Assembly: GCF_001194135.2 (NCBI RefSeq) | Contig: NC_068999.1 | Span: forward strand, 37,247,536 to 37,299,255 | Direction of reading: 5' to 3' | From: Octopus bimaculoides | Taxonomy: Eukaryota | DNA: 51,720 nucleotides | Shown: in pieces, positions 22,952-33,429 of the stretch | How the letters are laid out: the number at the start of each line of letters is the position of its first letter | Position numbering within the stretch: the first letter of the stretch is position 1 | Notes under the pieces: model-generated | What the model was told of the DNA's origin: nothing | Seen by the model: only the letters and a program-made list of their open reading frames with translations | The model's database searches: none | Translations under genes and position numbers: made by a program

Positions 22952-24232
22952 ATGAACATGGAAAAGTAGCCGTTGAATTTTTCCATCGATAATATTCCAA
23001 TAGCTTCAATGAATTACTGCCTAAAAGGTTTCTTTAAGAAAACGGAGAATCCTATGAGAAGAATGCGATGGCATACTGTTTTTCTTTTTTTTTTTTTTTT
23101 CTGAGAAAGAAAAACCGATGCTAATGGTAATAATAAATACAGAATTGAGATAAAAAGAAGCATGTCTCTAAGCAAATGCCTGCATTCATTTGAAAAGGAT
23201 TTATTTAATTTCGTATGATAATGACAAATTCCAGAAATTCAGTTTCAGATTCTAATATCATTTAAATGATAGCTTAATCTTTTTTACTTAATTCTGATTA
23301 AATACGTGTTACTTCTGATAAGATTAAAATCTGTATTAGCTTAAATAAAAATCACATATAACATCGTTTTAAAGCAGCGGCTATAAAAGGTTCCATAACT
23401 ATAAATCTATCAAGATAAAAGGCAAAGATATTACTACAGCACTTAAAATGGATGATACAGAGAATTCTTAGCCCTCGACTTACCTTATATCACACTTTAA
23501 AAAATCATAATGTAATGTCTGTCGCCATCGTAAATGTAAGCTAATGAACTTTGCCAAAACAGATTCGGGTAGAAACTATAAGACGGTTATCAACCTTATT
23601 CTCAGAGATAGAAAAGTTGCAAACCTCTTTCTATGCTATATTCAAAATATTTCAAAATATTCATGATTAACGAAACTATAAACTTACTTGATACTGCTAA
23701 TTTTTATCCTCCCGTCTATAAGCCACACCTTTTAAAACCTCTGACTTTAGCTAATACTATTTCTGAGTGAATCAGATACCAACATTATTTTGCATTTTGA
23801 AAATATCCCTTGTTTTTCGAAAATGCCACTTGGATGGGAAAATGGTGAAGATTTGTTTGATGTATTTATAGGTGACGTTGAGTGAGATAAGATGTGTGTA
23901 TACGAAATTATTGTTATATCTATTCTAGATTTTGTACAAAGAATGCTAGATACTGGATAGAGGATTTATCGTAATGATGAGTTTTATATTTTGAAAAATA
24001 TAAAAGGTTGCTTAATAAGTAAATTTAGAAAGGTTCTTATTTTAATTTGGATTTAACAAATATAATTGTTAATAATTTCTCAACAGTTACCTTCTTATAT
24101 ATTGCCTTAAATTAAACAAGTCTGATAAAATATTACATTAAAAAATTATAACCACCCACCAAACATTCTCCAAAATTTGGTTCTTCATAGTAGCAAACAC
24201 ATTTCATCATACGTTCAGGTGAAGCCACTTTT
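22952..24232 (+). mobile_element. Decayed Penelope-like retroelement (Naiad-type), N-terminus + reverse transcriptase + start of thumb
   Basis: Motifs in order across frameshifts and stops: MEK*PLNFSIDNIP..RRMRW, FEKDL, ITLKNH, CKLMNFAKTDSG, DTANFYP, GEDLFDVFIG, YRND (23967-23978, degenerate YRDD), NHPPNILQNL. The order matches Naiad-type PLE RT as recalled from the literature. Confidence 0.8.
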
Positions 24233-24605
24233 TCTGTGACTACATCACCCCTAACATCTGGCCACCTAACTCCCCAGACTGCAACCTCCTTGATTATCAT
24301 GTGTGGGATGCAGTTGATCAAGAGATCAACAAAGATCCTTGTTAGAGCAAAGATGAACTGAAGGCAAAGATTATGTCAGAATTCACCAACTTATAGAAGG
24401 AGACCGTCCAGAAGAGTTGCAGGAGATTCCGAAGTCGTCTGGAGGCAGTGGTTGAAGCCAATGGCAATTTTATTGAATAAATTTACTCTTTAGTATTTCA
24501 AGATATTTTTATGTAATTTTCGTAAATATATCTGTTAAAATGAGATCTCAGAGTTATTTTCATTTTTGTGTAATTTAGACAACAATATATTCACCACACC
24601 CTGTA
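24230..24605 (+). mobile_element. Tc1/mariner maT (DD37D-like) transposon 3' fragment with right TIR and TA
   Basis: FCDYITPNIWPPNSPDCNLLDYHVWDAV...RFRSRLEAVVEANGNFIE*. Ends caccacaccctg (24603) followed by TA. Confidence 0.85.
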
Positions 24606-24661
24606 TATGTATGTATATTTTATATACCAGGCTCAAGCATGTTTATTGTTTTATTTGCATC

Positions 24662-24700
<39 letters not shown>

Positions 24701-25293
24701 ATCAAAACTTTAGAAGAAAACGGAGAACATATGACAAAAGTTAGCATTAAAACAATAAAGAATATGAATTAAACCAAATTAATATATCAACAAGAAAATA
24801 CAAGGAAAATGGGCGAAAAAAATACTATCATAAAGAATTCTTGGTAAACAGCTGTTCAAGAGGCAAAGTGAAATAATTTGTGATCAGAAATAATATATGT
24901 TTCTTTCAGTCTGTCAGATTTGTTCTGTCTTTTAGTATTTCAAACTGTTCTTTCAAAGCAAGATATTCTTCATTGTAAATTTCATTCTCCAACTCGAAAA
25001 TTTTCCTGCAGATAATAATAATAAAAAAAAAATCATTGTTATTATTGTATTACTTCTCAGAGCGGTCAGTCTTGTTTGCTCTGGTTGATTCTGTGAAAGC
25101 AGACAGCAGCTTGTTGTCAGAGGTCTCTTATTATTATTATTAGTTAGTTAGTTAGCTAGTTAGTTAGTTAGTTAGTAGTAGTAGAAGTAAATAAAGAAGA
25201 GTGCCACTGTTATCAAGTGAACAATATTTCGACAACTCGTGTGTCTTCCACAGGTTCAAAAAATAAATTTGTCAATCTACTTCATTTTGGTTC

Positions 25294-25387
25294 ATATTCA
25301 TAGGATTGCGGTTACTCCTCCAGAAAATACAGAAGCAAATATTAGCTTCTATACCTTCTGGAGGAGTAACCTCAATCCTATAAATAT
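25294..25387. other. 94-bp near-perfect palindrome/hairpin (candidate pre-miRNA, MITE or fold-back)
   Basis: Counted by hand: 41 of 47 symmetric positions pair, no bulges. Confidence 0.9.
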
Positions 25388-25465
25388 TATTATTATTATT
25401 ATTATTATTATTAGTAGTAGTAGTAGTAGTAGTAGCAGCCGAAGCAGCAGCAGCAGCAACAATAG
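25387..25465. repeat. Compound trinucleotide microsatellite (ATT)n(AGT)n(GCA)n
   Basis: Direct inspection. Confidence 0.95.
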
Positions 25466-25817
25466 CATCATCATTGTCATTTCACTTCTCACAACTCTCA
25501 ATTTCACTTAATTCTGTAATATCAGACAACAACCTGTCACCAAGGGCTTCACACAGTCTTCTATGCTACTTAACAACCAATCTCAACATCATCACTGTCC
25601 ACAATATATCAGTTTCCTGAGCAGGTTCCACTCTCATGACAATCCTAGTTTCTCCGACAAATTTCTCAATCCTACATTAATACATGTAGTCCTAGACATG
25701 TAATGCCTGAATAAAAAAATTAAGGCAGAATGGTCATGGCCTGGAAATATTTTATCCTGTATGGCTCTTCTTAATTAAGGCTCTCCCTGGCACTAAACGA
25801 TATCATACTATAATTCA

Positions 25818-26287
25818 CATCATCATCATCATCGTTTAACGTCCGCTTTCCATGTTAGCATGGGTTGGACGATTTGACTGAGGACTGGTGAAACCGGATG
25901 GCAACACCAGCCTCCAATCTGATTTGGCAGAGTTTCTACAGCTGGATGCCCTTCATAACGCCAACCACTCAGAGAGTGTAGTGGGTGTTTTTACATGTCA
26001 CCCGCACGAACGCCAGTCAGGCGGTACTGGCAACGGCCACGCTCAAAATGGTGTTATTTTATGTGCCACCCACACAAGAGCCAGTCCAGGGGCACTGGCA
26101 ACGATCTCGCTCGAAAATCCTACGAAGGCCAGTCAGGCGGTACTGGCAATGGCCATGTTCAAAATGGTGTATTTTATGTGCCACCCGCACAAGAGCCAGT
26201 CCAGGGGGACTGGCAACGATCTCGCTCGAAAATCCTTACACATGTCATGGGCACAAGTGCCAGAAAGGCGACGCTGGGCACAGGTGC
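25818..26287 (-). mobile_element. RTE-type LINE 3' UTR (or derived non-autonomous element) with (GAT)n tail and internal hairpin repeats
   Basis: catcatcatcgtttaacgtccgctttccatgttagcatggg is the reverse complement of the tail that follows an RTE ORF at 42020-42066 and 30830-30880. Confidence 0.8.
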
Positions 26288-27312
26288 TAAATTATTTCCA
26301 CAATGTCCTAAATTTGCAAACAGTCCATTCTGTTTTGCATGCAAATGATTCTCTTCTGTTTTACTTTGGTAAGCTCAGAACTACAAGTCCATCAGCAAAC
26401 TAAATAACCAAGACAAGCAGCACACAATACAAAGGTATAACCAACAAAAACAGTGTACAAAAAATTTTCATAACTTCTCAAGAATCACTACTGCTTAGAT
26501 TAAATTTGATTTTAAATTTTGCTCTATCGTGTTATAAAATGGTTCTTTATAGGCAAAATAATATATTACAACAAGCTATTGGTTCTACAGCGTTGGGTAT
26601 AGAAGACTTCAATCATTTTATTGACAGGCAAAATTTTAATCGGTTATGTTTATTTATATATTGGTTCCATGCTTCGATAAACATACTGAATGGGTTAAAT
26701 CAACAGTTAGGTATTTACAATGTCTATAAAATCATTTATCAAAATCTTTTCTTTACAATTGTATCTTTCTTTATCTAATTGTTTAGAATAGACATCTATT
26801 TTTATTAGTTTGTTGTTATGGTTATTGTTGTTATTGCTGTTATTATTATTATTATCATTATCATTATTATTATTATTACTGGTTCTACTATTAATTTTTT
26901 CCTTAAACTAATAACTATCATAGTAAAAATTATTAAATTCATCATTTTTATATAAAAAAATTAAGAAGCTGTCATTATTTTTTTAAAAAGGCAAATGAAT
27001 TGAACTGGAATAGGTCAAGAAAACTAAATGGAATTAGATGATCGATGGTGATAAGTATGTATTGATAGGAATGTGAGAAGGGTGATGGTGATGCTAGTGA
27101 GGATGGAGGCTACCCTGCCTCTTCAAATATATATGGTATTATATTCAATAAATTAAAATTGTCCATTAATAATGATATGTTTAGTTACCTGAATATATCA
27201 ACTCTATTTATTTAGATCTTTACAATTTATCTAAGATGTCTTTAAATCTTTCAACAAAGTTAATCAAAAGAAATATGTCGCTATCTTATTATAACTTTGA
27301 TAAAAGTGTCTG

Positions 27313-27449
27313 CTAGTGTGTGTATGTGCACATGTTATGTATGTGTGTTTGTGTGTGAGCTTTTCTCTGTGTGTGTATGTATGTATGCATGCATTTATGT
27401 GTTTGTGTACTTATATATGACTTGTGTATAAAATGAATTTGTTTGTGCA

Positions 27450-27481
<32 letters not shown>

Positions 27482-27490
27482 CAAGTGTGA
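27313..27490. repeat. (GT)n/(GTAT)n degenerate microsatellite
   Basis: Direct inspection. (CA)n runs also at ~27669-27707 and ~28531-28589. Confidence 0.9.
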
Positions 27491-27663
27491 AGAAGCACGT
27501 TTTCTGACGTGATAATCAGTTAAGATTCTTTGACAGCCGTGTCACTCAGAATTGGAAATAATCAGCAAACAACGTGAATAAAGATAATAGGTTTCAAGCA
27601 ATTATATTTAACTTCTTATCCCGTCTTTTATTGGTTTGTTTTATGTGATAAATATTGATTAAG

Positions 27664-27709
<46 letters not shown>

Positions 27710-27799
27710 AAAATTAAGAAAGAAGAAAGATGAGTGTGTAGCCATAATTATTGTTATCTTTTTAATAATAATAAACACACAAACACACACAATAATAAT

Positions 27800-27920
27800 A
27801 ACAGTTCCTTCTAATTTTGGTACAAGGCCAAACATTTTGAGGGGAGGGGCAAGCTGATTACATCATCGCCAGTACTTAACTGGTACTTACTTCCTCAATC
27901 CTGAAAGGATGAAAGATCTC
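27800..27920 (-). mobile_element. tRNA-derived SINE (OK-like family), 3' half
   Basis: ccagtacttaactggtacttac...gaaaggatgaaag is reverse-complementary to the body of the SINE at 28021-28250. Confidence 0.65.
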
Positions 27921-28020
27921 AATAAATAATAATAATTATATCAACAGTGACAATAATGATAACTACTACTACTACCACCACTACCACCACTGTTATTATT
28001 GTTATTATTATTATTATTAA

Positions 28021-28250
28021 GGCGGTGAGCTGGCAGAGTCGTTAGCATGCTGGACGAAATGCTTAGTGGTATTTCACCCATTGCTCTGTTCTGAGTTCAA
28101 ATTCTGCCGAGGTCGACTTAGCCTTTCATCCCTTCTGGGGGCAGTAAAATAAGTACCAGTTGAGTACTGGGGTAAATGTAATCAAATTAATCCTGTCCCA
28201 CAAATATGAAGCTTTGTGGTTCCAGTAGAAAGGATTATTATTATTATTAT
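28021..28250 (+). mobile_element. Full-length tRNA-derived SINE (OK-like family) with (ATT)n tail
   Basis: ggcggtgagctggcagagtcgttag (A box), gagttcaaattc (B box), gtaaaataagtaccagttgagtactgggg body, ggattattatt tail. Confidence 0.85.
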
Positions 28251-28529
28251 TATAATTATTGTTTGGTCTATTTTAGTGGTATGCAGTGGAAATAAAGTCT
28301 AAGTTTAATTTAGCTTAAAATTTTCTGTTAGTTATGGTGAGTTTTATGGCATCTTTTTTTTTTTTTTTGCTTCTTTTTCATATAAGTTTTATCACAGAAA
28401 TTTCTCTTAGAAATCTCGACTGTAGTTATAATCAAGTCTCTTCATAGATTATTAAAGAAAGTCATAGTTTTTTTCTCTCTCCTTTCCTTTGATACCAACA
28501 TTTCGAAAAGTAAAAGAAAGAATTTCTAC

Positions 28530-28560
<31 letters not shown>

Positions 28561-28850
28561 CCACGCACGCACAAGCACACACACACACAAATTGTCCATC
28601 CAAAGATAATGATTTTGATGAACTTCAGAGAATTAATATCTGCTAAAGGAATTTAGCAATTATGAAAGTCAGTCTTGTGAATCTTTCATTTATCACACTT
28701 GTGACAAATCAAGTAGCAGAAGTTATATATTAGATTCACTTGGGTGTAGAGAAAATAATGGGAATGTGATAACTTGGAGCTAATTACTGCAAATATGATT
28801 AAAAGAAAGCGAAAAGTTGTGAAAACATGTCTGAAATAAAAATGTGATAG

Positions 28851-28851
28851 G

Positions 28852-28915
<64 letters not shown>
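28851..28915. repeat. (GATA)n-(GA)n compound microsatellite
   Basis: Direct inspection. Confidence 0.95.
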
Positions 28916-28919
<4 letters not shown>

Positions 28920-29160
28920 AAGTGGGAGAATATGAGTGAGGTGAGTGAAGGTCTAAATCAGAATATATAAGCTGGAGAATAATGATTTAAAAAATGTTTT
29001 ACATGTGATAAAAATACTTAAATGTGGCTGTAATTTCTAAGACGGTATCTAATTTAATTTTAGAGAATTTGGAGAACACACATGCGCACACACACACACT
29101 CATGCCTGCATACACTTCCCCACTTATTTTATACACACGCATTTTATATATGTATATATA

Positions 29161-29452
29161 TCATCATCATCGTTTAACGTCCGCTTTCTATGCTAGCATG
29201 AGTTGGACGATTTGACTGAGGACTGGTGAAACCGGATGGCAACACCAGCCTCCAATCTGATTTGGCAGAGTTTCTACAACTGGATGCCCTTCCTAACGCC
29301 AACCACTCAGAGAGTGTAGTGGGTGCTTTTACGTGTCACCCGCATGAAGGCCAGTCAGGCGGTACTGGCAACGGCCACGCTCAAAATGGTGTATTTTATG
29401 TGCCACCCGCACAAGAGCCAGTCCAGGGGCACTGGCAATGATCTCGCTCGAA
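29161..29452 (-). mobile_element. RTE-type 3' UTR copy, same subfamily as 25818-26287
   Basis: Nearly identical to 25822-26113 over ~290 bp; few substitutions visible by eye. Confidence 0.82.
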
Positions 29453-29757
29453 TATATGTATATATATATATATATATATACTTTATTTAAAAGCAGCAGA
29501 AATATAACAAAAAAACCGTTTCNNNNNNNNNNNNNNNNNNNNNNNNNNNNNNNNNNNNNNNNNNNNNNNNNNNNNNNNNNNNNNNNNNNNNNNNNNNNNN
29601 NNNNNNNNNNNNNNNNNNNNNNNNNNNNNNNNNNNNNNNNNNNNNNNNNNNNNNNNNNNNNNNNNNNNNNNNNNNNNNNNNNNNNNNNNNNNNNAGTACT
29701 CTTTTTTCCCACCTTGTTGCACATTTCATGTGCTTACTCCGGCATATATATATATAG

Positions 29758-29788
<31 letters not shown>

Positions 29789-30344
29789 ATGCACATACCA
29801 ACTTCCTGTTTCTCATCCTCTTTATCATTTGATGAACACTTTCCCTGCTGGCATGACTCATACAGTTTGTCACCGTTGAAGTTCTCACATATTTGAAGGA
29901 AGTGCTCACTTACATTGGTTGGGAGACCTCATGCCATTCATGTTTCATTTACAGCTTGCTTTCTATGGCTGGATATTCTTTCTAACACCAACCACTTTAC
30001 AAACTGTACTCTGGGGTTTTTTTTCCATGGCATCAGCACAAGAGAAATGTTATGTCCTCAACTAAAAGTACAGGGACTTCGCAGTCTTATGTCTGCTTAT
30101 TCACCAGTTTCTTTAGAAAGTGACACTGATGTATGACAGTGATTTGAGCAGGATGTGTTATAGGGATAAGAACAGTTGGTTTTGTAAAATAAATATATTT
30201 AAAATGATTGGGATGGCTTTGAGATGAGAGAAGGTTTGGAGAGGGATACCAAGAAAACAGTGTGATGATAGAGATCTAGAATGTCTGGAGTGTGATAGCA
30301 GATAGAGTGAAATGGGGTGATGACAGGAAGTAGAGGAGAGGAGG

Positions 30345-30880
30345 GTGATGATGGAGCGTATTGGGCATAAAGCAGTGCTGATCACATTAAAAGGATGGCG
30401 GTTGTGGAAGAGGGAAACCCAGAAGACATGGGACGAAGTACTGAAGGCTGATCTCAAAACAATGAGCCTCATGAAGGAGATGACAGAGGACCGAGATACA
30501 TGGCACGTTGCTGTACTCGAGAAGACCCACACACCACAACAGAATTGAGATTCTGAAACCAAAGTGTCATGTAAAAAAAGCATTGGTGTGGGTGCTGGTG
30601 CCACTTAAAAAGCACTGATGATGGTGCCACCTAAAAAGCTCTCAGTACACTCTATGGAGCAGGTGGTGTTATGAAGGGCATTTAGCCCTAGAAACCAAAC
30701 CAAAACAGACAAGGGAGCCTGATGTGACATTGGTGGCATTAGGAAGGGCATCCAGCTGAAGAAACTTTGCCAGATCAGATTGAGCCTGGTGCAGCCTTCT
30801 GGCTCACCAGTCCTCAGTCAAACCGTCCAACCCATGCCAGCATGGAAAGCGGACGTTAAACGACGACGACGATGATGATG
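30345..30880 (+). mobile_element. RTE-type LINE 3' fragment (ORF C-terminus, 3' UTR, partially duplicated 3' end, (GAC/GAT)n tail)
   Basis: ..KTWDEVLKADLKTMSLMKEMTEDRDTWHVAVLEKT..*, then aggaagggcatccagctg...ccatgccagcatggaaagcggacgttaaacgacgacgatgatg. Confidence 0.82.
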
Positions 30881-30881
30881 A

Positions 30882-31500
30882 GGAGGATTGCTTGGATTCC
30901 TTAAGGACAACTTTGTTGAAGAGTAGCTGTTGTTTCTTTCTCCCTGCCCGTCCTTCAGTTATCACACCATTGGTTTGGCTGGGGTCTTGTTGAAACATGT
31001 TCAACCAACCTATTTACAGTTTGTACATAACATTCAAGCTTGCTATGAGCCTATCATTTTTGGCCATATGTGTCTATTTGTTCTCAGGGATAAGAGTAGA
31101 CCATGCAACCGTCTGTAAATCTGGTATATCTAGTTCAGTGTCCATTGCTTTTTAAACCGGCTCATAAGTATTTCCCTGTAGAACATGAGCTTTTTTTGTA
31201 CCAGTTGCCTACTATCAGGTCTCTCTAAGTGATTTTCCATTTGGCAGTTTCATGATAACCATCAGGTGTATTTCACTGGTGATGCCATGTTTTGGAAGAG
31301 ACATTTATATAAGTCTCCCTTCATAGGTCATTTAAGCATGCTGCATCATGGCCGTGTTCTTTGTTTACATCCCAGATCCCCTGCCAATATTCCTAGAGGT
31401 CTTCCTGGAGAGGAGCGTTAACAACCTTGATGGTATCACTTTTCATTCTGCGATATACAGCTTGTAGATTTGGGGCAAACTTTCAGTTTACTATTTTTCA
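30882..31500 (-). mobile_element. Decayed R4/Dong-type (RLE) LINE, RT N-terminal region
   Basis: Minus-strand translation shows EYWQGIWD, KLPNGKS..DLIVGNWYKK, LIPENK..AKNDRLIASLNVMYKL and QLLFNKVVLKE, matching the pre-RT/RT1-2 motifs of R4-like elements. Cut by the RTE tail at 30880. Confidence 0.68.
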
Positions 31501-32304
31501 TTCCTGTAATATTTTTACAATAATGAAGTTTTTCCCTTACCACTCATAAACCGTGTTTGAGGGTAATAAGTTTCCCAGTGAGTGTTTCTCGGCAGCAGTT
31601 CCCACACAATTTGGAGAACTTACCATGCAGTCGTAGAGTCAAAGGCCACCTTACAGCTGGAAGTCAGAGACCCCCCCCCCNNNNNNNNNNNCCCCCCCCC
31701 ACCCGTCTTTGTTTAGAGATCTTCACTGAAGAATAATCCCAAATAATACTTGCCTCATTACATAGTCTGAGATCTTGCTCTTGCCTCTCAACTAACTGGC
31801 TGTGGAGGTGAGAGTCTTAGTAGTGTTGTGCAAGATGTTAACTCCAGCATGGGCATTACTGACTGTCATTATCTTTAATACCCAGGGTAAAATAATGTCT
31901 GTGATGGTCATATTTGTCAGTGAGTTGACACAGCCATCATTGTCGTCGTCATCATCCACCTCCTCCTCATCAATATTTAACATCTGTTTTACATGTTGGC
32001 AATGTATTACTGATGCATTATTGATAGCCATTTCTTTTCTTGTACAATGTTCAACCGAATAAACCTATAGATTTAAGCTAACATTGCATGTGTAAATTAA
32101 TTAAACTTATCAGATATACTGGACATTCATAAACAACAACTGTTTAGGAAAAAGAGAAAGTATCATTTGCCATAGTTTCAATTTTAGTTCAGATTTTATC
32201 CCAATTGAATATATTATTCTAATTTACTACATAATATACATAAATATACATACAAATATGCATATATACATACATGCATGTAGTATTCCATCACATTTCT
32301 ATTT

Positions 32305-32399
32305 TGTGAACTCTGCATCACAGAAGTTTTACTTGTCATGCAATGCAGCTATTGCCTTAGTGAATGGAACCATCTAATTCTTGATTGCAAACAATTATT
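32305..32399 (+). repeat. 95-bp inverted duplicate of 33536-33630 (Penelope-like endonuclease C-terminus)
   Basis: 93/95 identity to the reverse complement of 33536-33630 (counted by hand). Confidence 0.93.
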
Positions 32400-32987
32400 A
32401 TGAAAATACTGAAATTGTTAGATATTTCATTGACCATTTCCCAAAATTTTGTATAAACTATAAACATTTTCTTGATTGGCACCCGTACATCCACAAGCCT
32501 TGTATATTTCATTATTTTTTGTTGATTGTAAGATTTTTAATTTATAAATTTATTATTATCGCAGTTGAACACTTCAAAGCTCTTAAATCAACTTTCTAAG
32601 GGAAGATGTTTTCAATGCAAATCCATTTAATGAGTGATTCATCCTTCTTGTTACATTGAAGGTCATACAATGACTGCTAGCTAGCTCTTGCTATATGATG
32701 CTAGACTATTTATATAACTCCCACTATAGTTATTGTAGTGCAAATCCAGCTAAAGACAGAAGAAAATAACTTGTTGAAACTATACATAGTTCACAATGAA
32801 TAAGTTATTTGACGTTTCTGTTTTATTTGAGGTAATTTTTGTCTTTCAATTCTGTTGCATTTATATTTCATAGATGATTGTCATAGCTCTGAAATCATTA
32901 AATATTTTATGAAACATTGTACATTTACCTCGGTTTTGTATGAATTAAGATGTGTTTTTGGTTGGTATATCTTTGTATACAAATGTG

Positions 32988-33022
<35 letters not shown>

Positions 33023-33270
33023 AACACACACATATATATCCAAATTGAGAGAATGAAGCAGGTAAAATCTAGGCTACATATGTTTTCTAGCTAGCAGATC
33101 CTCAGAAATAACAATTACCCAATGAAGGGTTCCTCCACCCGCTACTCACCAGACTGAAGGTACTTTAGTCCTATGAAGATTACATTGTCATTAAGAAATG
33201 CCAAGTTAACTTGCAGGAGATTTAATTTAAAATGAACGGTGAATGGAGTGCAAAAACAAAATAGGAAAGA

Positions 33271-33352
33271 ATCATCATCATCATCGTTTAACATCCACTT
33301 TCTATGCTGGCATGGGTTGGACGGTTTGACTGAGTACTGGCGAGCCAGATGG
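33271..33352 (-). mobile_element. Short RTE-type 3' terminus
   Basis: atcatcatcgtttaacatccactttctatgctggcatgggttggacgg. Confidence 0.75.
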
Positions 33353-33429
33353 CAGGAAATAAAATGGTCAGTAATAGAAAAGTATGTGCCTGTTTACTCT
33401 CCTGTGCAGAGCGGAAGATGTAAGGCGAT

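Noticed and set aside
25888-26403. 171-aa ORF and overlapping ORFs as protein-coding genes
   Set aside because: They lie in the antisense of a repeat 3' UTR with internal tandem duplications; the same ORF start recurs at 29226 as part of the repeat.
28620-28750. Possible GIY-YIG remnant on minus strand (NLIY..ICHKCDK)
   Set aside because: Only a few residues match; no flanking PLE motifs recognised.
31672-31701. Poly-C/G-quadruplex tract
   Set aside because: Spans an N gap (31681-31691); true length and sequence unknown.
31792-32064. Terminal exon encoding VYSVEHCTRKEM...TSTAS*
   Set aside because: Weak acceptor, no recognised homology, acidic run derived from a (GAT/GAC)n repeat; mentioned only as a possible partner exon.
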